A stretch of 64,000 nt of DNA, taken from positions 12,400,001-12,464,000 of the forward strand of contig OX597836.1 of assembly GCA_951406725.2 (NCBI GenBank), in the 5' to 3' direction. The position numbers and the translations under genes are program-made. This document shows positions 1-12,388 of the stretch, piece after piece; positions within the stretch are counted from its first letter, which is position 1; each line of letters opens with the position of its first letter. This DNA comes from Octopus vulgaris (lineage: Eukaryota). The notes below the pieces were generated by a model. It was not told the origin of the DNA. It saw only the letters and a list, made by a program, of their open reading frames with translations, and did no database searches.

Positions 1-114
1 GACTATCACTAGTCTCCTGGAATTCTGTTTCATCTATATCTATCTATCTATCTATCTACCAACAGATAGACGGGTATTCATATTGCATGTGTGTGTCTGT
101 GTATATATATATAT

Positions 115-524
115 AAGTTAAGTTAAGTTAGTTAAGTTAATTTTTTGGCTCAAAAAGCAGAAAGCAAGGTCATGGAGTTATGTACAGGGTGATGTTCAGG
201 CAAAGAGTTCAGGCCATTTGTGATCAAGGGAGACTTTGAACCGAGCGGTCGTCGGCATCTTCACTATCTCGTCTGGCAGCTTATTCCACAGACCCGCAAC
301 CCGGACGGAGAAAGCTCCTCTCCTTCGATTGAGATGAAATCGTCGCAGGTAGAGCTTTTCGGAATAACCCCGCAGCCGACGCTCTGGAGCAGGAGTGAAG
401 AACAGCTCTTTCGAGATGTTACACTTTCCGCTTATGATGTTGTGAGCAAGAATGAGATCACCACGGCGGCGGCGTTTTTCTAGAGAATGAAGGTCGAGCG
501 TCTTCAGCCTTTCTTCATAGGACA
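115..524 (-). mobile_element. CR1-clade LINE 3' fragment (ORF2 C-terminus, 3'UTR, (AACTT)n tail)
   Basis: ORF 196-525 reads SYEERLKTLDLHSLEKRRRRGDLI...FSVRVAGLWNKLP...FKVSLD, the typical CR1 ORF2 end; followed by a short-repeat tail. Confidence 0.9.
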
Positions 525-781
525 AAGTTAAGTTAAGTTAGTTAAGTTAATTTTTGGGCTCAAAAAGCAAAAAGCAAGGCCATGTAGGGGGACATGGAGT
601 TATGTATAGGGTGGTGTTCATGCAAAGAGTTCAGGCCATTTGTGATCAAGGGAGACTTTGAACCGAGCGGTCGTCGGCATCTTCACTATCTCGTCTGGCA
701 GCTTATTCCACGGACCGCAACCCGGACGGAGAAAGCCCCTCTCCTTCGATTGAGATGAAATCTTCGCAGATAGAGCTTTTT
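525..781 (-). mobile_element. Second, more 5'-truncated copy of the same CR1 3' end, head-to-tail with the first
   Basis: Near-identical to 115-360, including the tail. Confidence 0.9.
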
Positions 782-796
782 GTATATGTATATATG

Positions 797-1105
797 TGGA
801 AGCGTAATGGCCCAATGGTTAGGGCAGCGGAGTCATGGTTGTAGGATCGTGGTTTCGATTCCCAGATCGAGCGTTGTGAGTGTTTATTGAGCGAAAACAC
901 CTAAAACCCCACGAGGCTCCGGCAGGGGGGTGGGGGGTGATCCCTGCTGTACTCTTTTGCCGCAACTTTCTCTCACTCTTTTTTCTGTTGGCCTGCTCGC
1001 TTAGCTAGTTGGGTGGCGTCATTTGAAGGCTAAAACAATGCGAAACGCGTTGTGAGCAGCGATGTGTAGCAACATCTAATAGCCTGGTCGATCACGGTGA
1101 TCATG
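797..1105 (+). mobile_element. tRNA-derived SINE (family D)
   Basis: A-box-like TGGCCCAATGG and B-box GGTTTCGATTCCC; homologous copies at 1663-1950, 25870-26180, 27858-28130. Confidence 0.85.
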
Positions 1106-1154
1106 TGATATATATGTATGTATGTATATGTAGATAGATAGATATCCATCTATC

Positions 1155-1245
<91 letters not shown>

Positions 1246-1249
1246 GTAT

Positions 1250-1590
1250 ATCATCATCATCATTGTTTAACGTCTGTTTTACATGCTGGCATGGGTTGGA
1301 CAGCATGGGTTGGATGGTTTGACTGGGTTGACTGATAAGCCAGGAGGCTACACCAGGCTCCAGTCTGATCTCACATGGTTTCTACAGCTGGATACCCTTC
1401 CTTATGGCAACCACTCTGAGAGAGTAGTGGGTGCTTTTTACGTGCCACCGAAACGGGAGACAGTCAGGTGCCACTGGTATCAGCCACGTTTGAATGGTGC
1501 TTTTTATGTGCCACCAGCGCGAGGAGCCAGTCAGGTGGCACTAGCAATGACCCACGCATGAATGGTGCTTATTATGTGCCGCTAGCATAT
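1250..1590 (-). mobile_element. RTE-3'UTR-related short element (family C)
   Basis: (CAT)n tail, GCATGGGTTGGA...TCTACAGCTGGAT motif, internal GGTGCTTTTTACGTGCCACC repeats. Confidence 0.8.
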
Positions 1591-1662
1591 ATATATATAT
1601 ATATATAGGGAGAGAGGGAGAGATTCACAGATATTTATATATATATATATATATATATATTT

Positions 1663-1950
1663 TACGTGACCGACCAGACCATCAGATGTTGTTACACATC
1701 GCTGGTCACAATGCATTCGCATTATTTTAGCCTTCGAATGACGCCACCCTGCTGGCTAAGCGAGCAGGCCAACAGAAGAAAGAGTGGTGAGAGAGTACAG
1801 CTGGGATCACCCCCCCCCCCCCGCCGGAGCCTCGTGGAGCTTTAAGGTGTTTTCGCTCAGTAAACACTCACAATGCCCGGCCTGGGATTCGAAACCGCAA
1901 TCCTACGACTGCGAGTCCGCTGCCCTAACCACTGGGCCATTGCGCCTCCA
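1663..1950 (-). mobile_element. tRNA-derived SINE (family D)
   Basis: Reverse-complement homolog of 797-1105. Confidence 0.85.
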
Positions 1951-1957
1951 CATATAC

Positions 1958-2005
<48 letters not shown>

Positions 2006-2704
2006 AGAGAAAGATTTATTCGTGTTTGTGGGTGTGTATATATGTATATATGTGCATGTGCAACATTGTTTGCATGCATGCATGCACATTAAATTAGTTC
2101 CTCCCGGAAAATATTAAAAATCTTTCCAATATACATTTGTGCATGTGTGTGTGCATGCATGCATGTGTATGTATGTGTGTGTGTGTGTTCATGTGTAAAT
2201 AGGGTTGTTTGTGTCTGCACGAACAGATATATTTAGATATGTGATTTTTGTTCCTTATTTATACACACCAGTGTATAGATATGTATATATACCTAAACAC
2301 ACATATATATATATATATATATATGTGTGTGAAATAAATAAATATTCATATGAAGATACACACGCACGCACGCACTCGTGTGTGTTTGTTTATGTGGGTT
2401 TGCGTGCATGCACATATTAAATTAGTTGCTTGCACAAAACATTAAAAATATTCCCACTAATTGATGATAAATGTTTGCAAGAATTCTGGAAGAATTATGG
2501 CACTTTGTCTTCATTACTAGGTTCCTGATAACATCGTGAACTACAGTGTACGTTCAGAGATATGTCACACTATCTCGATTAGAAAAATGTATGTGAAAAC
2601 CATCCCATTTCTTATCTGTCAGACTCTGCTCCAGGCTTGAAATTCACAGCATGCAATTAACGCACACACATGCACATACATGCATACTTATGTACATATG
2701 CAAA

Positions 2705-2990
2705 GTACAAATATATGGGAAATTACCACCTGTATCAATTCTTGTGACAGGTAGAAGAGTCCAGTTTGCTGGACATTATTGTAGAGCTGAAAACGAGGTA
2801 ATTTCTACTCTTCTCCTCTGGAAGCCATCTGCTCGCGATACCGGAGGGCGCACACTCTCCTACCCTGATGTAATCTCCAGGGATACAGGCATCCAGCAAC
2901 AGGACATCCGTAATGCTATGATGGACTGTGAAGTCTGGCGTAACATAGTAAATTCCATTGTCGCGACCACGGTCGAACGATGATGATGAC
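2705..2990 (+). mobile_element. RTE/RTE-X-like LINE 3' end (ORF2 C-terminus)
   Basis: QIYGKLPPVS...RRVQFAGHYCRAENEVISTLLLWKP...TLSYPDVISRDTG...AMMDCEVWR, followed by a (TGA)n tail. Confidence 0.85.
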
Positions 2991-3014
2991 ATATGTATAC
3001 ATGCATATACTGTC

Positions 3015-3310
3015 ATGTAGGCCAGCTGTCCTGCTCGAGTAAATATCTCTTTGAAAATCAAAGAGAAAGTGGATAACAATGGACTTCTTCAAAACTTCCA
3101 GCTGCTGTATCGAGATTATAATTTCACATTTATGCCAGTAACAATTGGTGTGCTCAGTTTTGTGAGTAAATGCCAGAGAGATAATCTGGATAGGCGAGGG
3201 TTTTCAGAAAGAAAAAAGGAAACCAACCAACGAACTTGCACTTTATAAAGTCCAATTTGTAAGTGGAACAGTGAAAATGTGTGAGACTTTTCTCAAGTTT
3301 AAAATGTGAC
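3015..3310 (+). mobile_element. R4/Dong-like non-LTR element C-terminal fragment (restriction-like endonuclease region), degenerate
   Basis: SCPARVNISLKIKEKVDN...LLQNFQLLYRDYNFTFMPVTIGVL...SGTVKMCETFLKFKM resembles the end of REL-domain elements. Confidence 0.7.
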
Positions 3311-3671
3311 ATTGTTTTTGATAAAAAGCATCATTCGAGTGTGATCATTGGCAGGTGACTGAGTATGTATGTATATTGGTGTTGCAAACAAATGTATCTT
3401 GGTGACCTCACTCAAAAAAAAAAAGAGAGAGAGAGAAAGAATGAGCAGAAATCAACTGCTGTAAATGTTTACAGCTCTAAGTCAAACATGGTGGGCATGG
3501 ATGGAAGAATGTGCAATGCCGTATGAGATGGTTAAGGCCTATTAGAATGAAGAGTGTTGGATGAGTTGCATAGCTGCAGTTCTTTTAATTCATTACTTTC
3601 TGAGATGACATCAATCCCATCAGGGTCAGGCAATAAAATAGTATACCAGTAATATTTTGAGGACGATATAA

Positions 3672-3800
3672 GGGTGGCGAGCTGGCAGAATCATTAGGAC
3701 ACCGGGCGAAATGTTTAGCGGTATTTTGTCTGCCATTACATTCTGAGTTCAAATTCCGCTGAGGTCGACTTTGCCTTTCATCCTTTCGGGGTCGATTAAA
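3672..3800 (+). mobile_element. SINE family B (GGCGGCGAGCTGGCAGAA head, MetaSINE-like central motif), partial
   Basis: GAGTTCAAATTCC B-box plus GCCTTTCATCCTTTCGGGGTCGAT motif. Confidence 0.8.
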
Positions 3801-4659
3801 TAATCTAATTACAGGTGCAGCTCATTTTTGCTAGCTGAGTAGACTGGAGCAAAAACAAAAAAAAAACGTCTTATTCAAGGACACAGTGCACAGCCAGGAA
3901 TTGAACTCACGACCTTACGATTGTGAGCTGAACATCCTAACCACTAAATCTGGAAACCAGTACAGAACGCCTGTAAGCAGCAGAGTGGATTATGCTAAAA
4001 GTGCCTCTGGTACCATGTGGTGGTGTTAAACTGGAGGACAGACCAAGTCCATGAGCTAAGAGCAAGAACACTTCTTCTGCTGGGTTTCCCCACAGTTTCC
4101 GTTGACCTAATTGCAGGATATTGGTTGCTTGTGGGTACCCTGTAGGGGGGATCCAACCCACAACATGGTGTAGCAGCAAAGCAAAATTCTTAACCATGCA
4201 GCCACAAGTGTGTCCGTTAATACTTTGGACAGTAAACATGAAAAGCATGTGCTTGTGTTAGCGGAATTTAATAATTAACTTTTCGGGGCTAATCTATTTT
4301 TTTTAAAGTTAATTAAGATTCAATAACGATTTTATTTTTTCCTTTCTAATTAGGCATACAGCCTGAGGCCATGCATTTGCTCCGTTAAATACAAATGTGT
4401 ATCTTAGGAGCCAGAAGTCTGAAGAATTTCTGTGTTGTTGTATTCTAAGCTACTGGCAGTATCGCAATGAGAGCACCTCTACATGGTTGTTTGATATGCT
4501 AGAAATAGCAACCAAATTCCTACACATCACATTTGACTGTCTTGACCGCCACCTTTTTTTTTTTTCTTTAAACCATATTTCTGACCAAATTCACAGCATT
4601 TGTTTTAATTAACTTACTTTGAAAATAATGAAAAATTTATTCAAATAACTTCGTTATTA

Positions 4660-4890
4660 TTAACCCGTTTGACATCAACCTGTCTGAGAATGCCACTGGT
4701 TCCGTGATATTAACTTCTAGTTTTAAAACGATCTCATATTAAAACCATCCTCTATCAAAATTTCTTGTTAATTTGTGTTCCAAAGAACCAGCTTAATAAC
4801 GACGAAAATATTCTACAAAAATTCTTCGTTATCCTCAAAATTAATTGAAACAATGAAAATGTACTTTGACAGAAATATAATAGAAAGGTT
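4660..4890 (+). mobile_element. Degenerate piggyBac-like MITE
   Basis: Starts TTAACCC; internal similarity to 61034-61254. Confidence 0.55.
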
Positions 4891-4971
4891 CAAATGGAGG
4901 TTGGATATCAGAACGGGGTTTAGTATCCTAGAACCAGGGGTGATATCAGGCTGGTCGGTATGAAAAAGATT

Positions 4972-5529
4972 TGGAGGTGTGGCTGTGTGGTAAGAAGGTG
5001 GCAAGCTGGCAGAAACGTTAGCATGCCAAACAAAGTGCTTCGCGGTATTTCGTCTGCTGTTACATTCTGAGTTCAAATTCCACCGAGGTCAACTTTGCCT
5101 TTCATCCTTTCGGGGTCGATAAATTAAGTACCAGTCACGCACTGGGGTCAATATAATCAACTTAATCCGTTTGTCTGTCCTTGTTTGTCCCCTCTGTGTT
5201 TAGCCCCTTGTGGGCGTAAAGAAATAGGTATTTCGTCTGCTGTTATGTTCTGAGTTCAAATTCCGCCAAGGTCGACTTTGTCTTTCATCCTTTCGGGGTC
5301 GAGAAATTAAGTACCAGATATGCACTGGGGTCGATGTAATCGACTTAATCCCTTGTTTGTCCCCTCTATGTTTAGCCCCTTGTGGGCAGTAAAGAAACTC
5401 GCTTCCCAGCCATGTGGTTTGGGGTTTGGTCTCTGGGTGTGGCACCTTAGGCAAGTGTCTTTTACTATAGCATCAGACTGGCCAAAGCCTTGCAGGGGGA
5501 TTTGTTAGACGGAAACTGAAAGAAGCCTG

Positions 5530-5530
<1 letters not shown>
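4972..5530 (+). mobile_element. Family A SINE interrupted by a dimeric family B SINE (about 4996-5396)
   Basis: GGCTGTGTGGTAAGAA is interrupted by family B and resumes at CTCGCTTCCCAGCCATG; AAGAA occurs at both junctions. Confidence 0.8.
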
Positions 5531-5576
<46 letters not shown>

Positions 5577-6011
5577 GAGTACCACAGTACATGACTAATA
5601 CTTAATTTATTGACCCCAAAAGGACGAAAGGCAAAGTCGACCTCGGCAGAATTTGAACTCAGAACGTAAAGACAGATGGTCATAATATACAAACATTTTT
5701 CAAGGCACCAGCACACTGTTTACAGATGCTTTTACATCTTTTATGTTTTCTGTGAATTTTTCACGGCTCCAGCTAGTTATTGGCTTTTATGGGTTTTTTC
5801 CACCAGGAACCTTTCGTAACGCCTCCCCCTATTGGGAGTTTTTCGTTGTTATATTTTCGTTGTTAAACTGCTTTTTTACTCGGATTTTTTCACAAACGGA
5901 CAAAACCCTTTGTAACCTTTCATCATGTTTTGTCCCTTTATGTAATAATTGATTTTTGTCAGCCCTTGTGGCCAATAAAAGTATTAATTATAATTATTAT
6001 TATTATTATTA

Positions 6012-6250
6012 TGGTAAACTGGCAGAATGGTTAGCATGTAGATGAAATGCTTACTGGCATTTCTTCCACCTTTACGTTCTGAGTTCAAATTCCACCAAGG
6101 TCGACTTTGCCTTTCATTCTTCCAGGGTTGATAAATTAAGTACCAGTTTCACACTGAGGTCAAGGAAATTAACACGTCCCCTCCCCAAAATGGCTGCCCT
6201 TGCAGCAAAATCTGAAACCATCATTATCATTATTATCATCATTATTATTA

Positions 6251-6292
<42 letters not shown>

Positions 6293-6529
6293 GACTGGTA
6301 AAGTGGTAAGCATGCAGATGAAATGCTTACTGGCATTTCGTCCGTCTTTACGTTCTGAGTTCAAATTCTGCCAAGGTCGACTTTGCCTTTCGTTCTTCCA
6401 GGGTTGATAAATTAAGTACCAGTTTCACACTGGGGTCAATGAAATCAACACGTCCCCTCCCCAAAATGGCTGCCCTTGCGGCAAAACCTGAAACCATCAT
6501 TATCATTATTATCATCATTATTATTATTA

Positions 6530-6570
<41 letters not shown>
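6012..6570 (+). repeat. Tandem pair of family B SINEs with (ATT)n tails
   Basis: 6012-6290 and 6292-6570 share private variants (AACACGTCCCCTCCCCAAAATGGC). Confidence 0.8.
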
Positions 6571-6571
<1 letters not shown>

Positions 6572-7259
6572 CTGTCACTTTTGTGAATTAGTTGTAAGTT
6601 TTCTTTTTTGGGTTTTTACTTAAAATTTTTTTTTTTTTCCGATGACTAAGTTCATGTTTATTTAATTATTTCAGTAAAATTTAGTTTTACCAAAATAGAT
6701 ATACCGGTTCTTTTGTTCCTAGTCTATGTTTTTACATTTTTTTTGTCTCTTTTATTTATGTATTTCCATTTTTTTAATTTCTTTTTGCTTCTTTACCCTT
6801 TTTTTCTTTTTTTAATTGAATTCCATTTGATGGGGTTATCATGTTTTATAATGTTTTATTGGATGTTTATGCATGTATGTATGTATAAATAAATACATGT
6901 GTGTATATGTGGAGATGCATGCATGTGTGTGTGTGTGTGGCTGTGGATATACATGTGCGTGCATATGTATGTATATGCGTGTGTCTGTATGTATATGTTC
7001 GTGTTTATATTTGTGGATATATATGTATGTACATGTGTATGCATATGAGTGTATGTATGTGTGCATGTATATATATCTGTGTGTATGTATGTATACATGT
7101 ATATATATCTGTGTATGTATGTATGTATATAGGTGTATATATTTGTGGATAAATGTCTATGTATATATTTATGTGTGTATATATGGATGTCTATATATGT
7201 ATTTCTGTGTATATATGTATGTGTGTGTGTGTGTGTATGTATGCATATATATATATACA

Positions 7260-7312
<53 letters not shown>

Positions 7313-7791
7313 GTGTATAGGTATATGAGCTTGTGCATGCGTGTGAATGTAGCACTTATTTGATATTGTATATTCAATAATGTAGTATAATTACAAACAT
7401 GTACAAACAAGTGTGTGTATGTGTCTAATGTGTGTGTGTACTGTGTGTGTGTATCGATGTATACTTTGGTGTGTAGTTATATGTGAGTAAATATTCGATT
7501 TCAGGAATGAATTTTAAGAAGTGTGTGTGTGTGTGTGTGTGTGTATACGCACATACATGTGCATGTATGTATGTTAATTTGTATGTGTGTACATGTGCTT
7601 GTATGTATGTTAATGTGTGCATGCGTGTGTGTGCTCATACATTTTGTAGTCATGCTCATTCAAGCGCGCTTGTACATTTATGTGCGTACAAATACTTATT
7701 CTGTCAATCCATTTTTGCTGAATTGCTATGCTACAGGGATGTAAACACCCGTTGTCAAGGGGTTGTGGGGGACAAACACAGACAAGTTGAT

Positions 7792-7832
<41 letters not shown>

Positions 7833-8109
7833 AACATATATATATATATAAACATGGAGTAGATGAAACCGGGACAACTGAAGAAGGGGAATATTCCTTG
7901 TGTTGAATGTCTTGTACTCTGTTCTTTCTTTGTTTGAAAAACAAGTTCGTTTCTATGTTTTTGTTTTTATGTTTTCATTTCTCATTGTGTTCAACATTTT
8001 TTTGATGACCTGTATCCATATATGCATGTATATATACATATATATATGTAGGTATGTATATACATGCATATATATATATGCATATATTTATATATTATTT
8101 GTTTATATA

Positions 8110-8512
8110 TCTTTATATATAAAAGTGAGGTTGTGTGCTGTCTGTCTCCTACGATTTAGATTCCTAACTACTCCCACATTTTGCGGTGCAGTTTAACCAA
8201 AACCTGGTATCTTATAGTCGTGATTCATATCGAGCCCTTCTGGGTATTAGCACGCGTCTATGATGAGTCTACGATTTAAAAAAAAAATTACCATAATTTT
8301 TTTCCATTTTAATGCATTTTTTTCGCTATTATATAAGGGAAGTAACTCTCTAGAAATGTCTACGATGAGTCAACGATTTTTAAAAAAATTTACCATAATT
8401 TTTTTTCCATTTTTAATGCATTTTTTTGCTATTCTTTTGGCTATAACTCTCTAAAAATGCTTATATAGTTATTTCCCTTACAAACCCGAGCAACGCTGGG
8501 CGATACTGCTAG
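8110..8512 (+). mobile_element. Non-autonomous Helitron
   Basis: 5' TC(TTTATATATAAAAG), subterminal GC hairpin CCCGAGCAACGCTGGG, 3' CTAG, inserted between A and T without TSD; internal duplication of about 100 bp. Confidence 0.8.
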
Positions 8513-8539
<27 letters not shown>

Positions 8540-8543
<4 letters not shown>

Positions 8544-8915
8544 AGTGGCTGATGTCAGTGCCTGTGCCACGTAAAAGCGCCCTTCAAGAGTGGCCAATGC
8601 CAGTGCTGGTGGTACATAAAAAGCACCATTCGAGCATGGTTGATGCTAGTACTGCCTGACTAGCATGTAAAAAGTACCATTCGAGTGTGGTCAATACCAG
8701 TGCCACCCGACTGGACCCTGTGCCAGTGGCACGTAAAAAGCATCCGCTACACTCTCAGAGAGTGGTTCGCATTAGGAAGGGCATTCAGCTGTAGAAACCA
8801 TGCCAGATTAGACTGGAGCCTGGTGGCAGCCTCCTGGCTTGCCAAACCTCGGTCAAACCGTCCAACTCATGCTAGCATGGGAAGCAGATGTTATACGATG
8901 ATGATGATGATGATG
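8540..8915 (+). mobile_element. Family C element with internal tandem subunits
   Basis: Repeated GTAAAAAGCACC units, GGAAGGGCATTCAGCTGTAGAAA, (TGA)n tail. Confidence 0.8.
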
Positions 8916-9318
8916 ATAATAATAACAGTAATAAACATACTCAAGGTAACCTAATACTAAGCATTAATACTACCACTCACCATTTAAGGGTGGTCTATGT
9001 CTGCAGACTGCTAAAATTCCTTGGACAGCTCTTCAATTCGTTTTTTTAACCAATTGAAAAGGTCAGGTTCTAAGACTACTTTTGGAACAATGACAACCGG
9101 CTGGACTTGTATTTAATTGAGATTGTATCTGAACAATGCAGTCTACTCCACCCTGAAAATGTGGTGATTAACAATAGATGCACACAAGGATGCAAACTTT
9201 GCAGTGTGCATTAATTCCTGCAGAAACATATTTAGGTGCAGAAACGAAAAGAAGCAATTAACTGCTGAATAAATCTAGATATAAATCTCTGTTCTGTTCT
9301 CCTTTATTATAAATTCAT

Positions 9319-9375
<57 letters not shown>

Positions 9376-9723
9376 GCTTTGGTAGACAGAAACTGAAAGA
9401 AGCCTGTTGTATATATACATATATGTGTGTGTGTGTGTGTCTTGTGTTTGTTTCCCCACCATCACTTGACAACTGATGGTGGCATATCTACGTCCCTGTA
9501 ATGTAGCGGTTCAGCAAAAGAGGCCAATAGAATAAGTTAGTACTTATTCTATTGGCCTCTTACAAAGAAAAAGTCCTGGGGTCGATTTGTTTGAATAAAG
9601 GCGGTGCTCCAGCATGGCTACAGTCAAATGACTGAATCAAATAAAAGAATATGTATATATATATGTCTTTTATCTCTTATGGGTTTCAACCAGATGCTGA
9701 GGCCATACTGGTGCACTGCCTTT

Positions 9724-10180
9724 ACTGCGCCATTTCCTTTCTATTGGAATGTAGCATTTGACACATCAAGAATTATCGACAATAGACTTTAGAGCTTTGC
9801 TTCTGATTGGCTTCATGCTTTTGCTTGATGAGGTTGGGGTCATTCCAAAGTTAATGGTCCCAGAGACGTCATCATGCATAAAGACAACCAGGTCCACCAG
9901 TTCTCCCCTTTGCAGGCACTCCCGTACCGGTCCCTCTGCATCCGCCAAGGTCATGTTGGGCCTCTGGAAATCTTCCCCAATCACACCCAGACATCTGGTG
10001 CGGGATCGGGCCTGCCACAAGGCCTCCTTCAGCCTGAAGTTGCTGTGTCGAATGAGAGGAAAGCCCTGGTGGGATGATCTAGTGGGAGACAGAGGGCATG
10101 TCCATACCCGGGTATTTGACAGATAGCTCAGAGTTGAGAGAGGGTGGATCTTAAATGACGGTGATACATTTGACAAGCTT
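9724..10180 (-). pseudogene. GC-richer coding-like fragment, possibly a decayed LINE APE endonuclease
   Basis: 136-aa ORF with VIGEDF and LVDLVVFMHDDVSG, loosely resembling the GGDFN and L.D.WR..HP motifs; family not confidently recognised. Confidence 0.35.
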
Positions 10181-11060
10181 CGGCATTGTTTCTCTCTACT
10201 AAATATCCCTCACAAGATATTGGTCCACCTGAGACTACAGTATAAGATACACTACCTTACAGTGGAATTGAACCTGGAACCACGAAGTTGTGAAATAAAC
10301 TTCAAATGTCAGTAATTCTACAGTCGCCTGCAGATAACTATAATTATTTCATATGCAATAATATTGTTCAAAGATGGAGAATCCTTAGAACTTGTTCAAG
10401 CTTTTGGTTTTGCCGTTTCCTTTCCATCGGAACATAGCATTTAAGGCATCAAGAATTACCAACAATAGACTTTATAGGGTTAATTTCTAAGATTCTATCG
10501 ATTCCGCATTACCAGCGCCAATTTGCAAAAGAAAAGAGCAAAGACGACATTTTTCTCTTTTTCCGTCTCAAATTGGTACTTATATGGTCTAACAGCATTA
10601 AGATATTAGATAATTCGTCTAATACCATTTAAGATCTTGGCATTTAATTCTTAATTGGTTGCATGGAGTTTATTGACAGAAATTAGTGAGGTTAGTAGGT
10701 TAGCAACGTAACCTAGCTTGCTAGTGTTAAGTGACTGACTAATTACCTTGTCAAGATAAACTTGTGAAGTGAATATTTGGATATCTGGCATTGTTTTTCT
10801 ACCACAATGTTTACCTTTTTAATCTGTTATTTGTTTCTGTCATTTGACTGAGACCATGCTGGAGCACTGCCTTGCAGGTTTTTTTTAGTCAAAAGAACTG
10901 ACTCCCAATACTTTTTTTTGTTTTGGGTTTTTTTCAGTGTCTGGTACTTATTCTAACATTTGCTTTTGCTGAACTTCTAAGTTACAAGGACATAAACTAA
11001 CCAACACTGGTTAACAAGCAGTGGAGGTGACAAACACAAAGACACACCCTTATATATATA

Positions 11061-11231
11061 AGCTGCCAGACGAGATGGTGAAGATGCCGACGACCGCTCG
11101 GTTCAAAGTCTCCCTTGACCACAAGTGGCCTGAACTCTTTACATGAACACCCTCCCTGTACATAACTCTGTGTCCCCCTACATGGCCTTGATTTTTGCTT
11201 TTTGAGCCAAAAATTAAACTAACTAACTGAC
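11061..11231 (+). mobile_element. CR1 3' end, same family as 115-781
   Basis: High identity to the reverse complement of 530-700, with (AACT)n tail. Confidence 0.9.
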
Positions 11232-11454
11232 ATATATATACGTTTAAATATTTGTTGTGCAAGATTTTTTATGTGAAGTCGTGTCTTATATTTCGGAAAT
11301 AAGATTAAGATTAATGTAAAAAATAAATAACACTGAAGCAAAATAACACCAAATATATAGTGCGTGTGTTTTTATTGGCTAAACTGGCAATATGACCATT
11401 CCGAAATATAACAATAACATTTTTATATATATATATAAAATCCACTCCTAAGGA

Positions 11455-11610
11455 CAAAATCTCGCAGGACAAATTTTACACAAAAATATATCAACTAATG
11501 AATATTTAAAATTTTTTAAATAAAATTTCACTTTCCTAATATATTTTTATTGTAAAGGAAGAACAATAACCTGGGGGATATTGACTGCTGGCAGATTTTG
11601 TCCTTGAACC
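11455..11610. mobile_element. Small TIR element, unclassified
   Basis: AAGGACAAAATCT ... AGATTTTGTCCTT inverted termini. Confidence 0.5.
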
Positions 11611-11909
11611 TGCCCTGATGTTGTTCAGCATAAAAAACTTTCTTTGGGAGTCTGCTGCCCTCCGTTCTGAATTAAATCATGCACACATATATATATATTA
11701 TTGAACATACGTACTTAATGTATGAGATTTGTTTGTTTGCCAGTAGGCTGCAGGGTGGTGTGATGGGGATAACTCCTTCAGAGTGCCAGGTGTTAAAATA
11801 AGAGTCATCCCTACTGTGCCAAATCATAGTCTATCTGCAAATAAGCAAAACACAAACATTGAGTTTGTATGTTCGATAATGTTTACAACACTAGCACTGC
11901 TTCTAATTG

Positions 11910-12388
11910 ATAGAGGCATCAGATGTGGTGTGCAAGAGAGATGACTGCACCAGCATGATTATGTGATGCATATGGACGAGGACAGTTTTGTAAAGAAGTG
12001 CTGATCTCTAACTGTGGAGGGAATCCCTGGAAGAGGTAGACCCAGGAAGGCACAGAACAAGGCGGCGAAGCAGGATCTTAGAATGTTGGGCCTCATGGAA
12101 GCAATGGTAAGTGACTGAGGCCTTCAGCAATATGCTGTGCTTGAGCAGACTTGTCAACTCAAGTGAAATCGTAGTCATGGTTGATGCCAGTGTCACGTAA
12201 GTGGCACCTGTGCCAGTGACATGTAAAAGGTACCCATTACATTCTTTGGCATTAGGAAGGTGAACCCAGCTGTAGCAACCATGCCAAATTGGATTGGAAC
12301 CTGGTGCAGCTCTCCAGCTTACCAATTTCAGTCAAACCATCCAACCCATGCCAGCATGGAAAGCAGATGTTAAATGATGATGATGATA
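11910..12388 (+). mobile_element. RTE-clade LINE 3' end: degenerate ORF2 followed by family C sequence as its 3'UTR
   Basis: GIRCGVQER...MDEDSFVKKC.SLTVEGIPGRGRPRK...QDLRMLGL continues into the family C tail ending in (TGA)n. Confidence 0.85.

Noticed and set aside
797-875. Functional tRNA genes at SINE heads
   Set aside because: No complete cloverleaf or acceptor stem, and the sequence continues into repeat bodies
7872-7910. Hammerhead starting GACAA-CTGAAGA-AGGGGAATATTCCTT
   Set aside because: GAAA core and 3' stem I strand are missing; at best a truncated relic
10687-10710. let-7-like TGAGGTTAGTAGGTT
   Set aside because: Seed has an insertion, the 3' half does not match and there is no proper precursor hairpin
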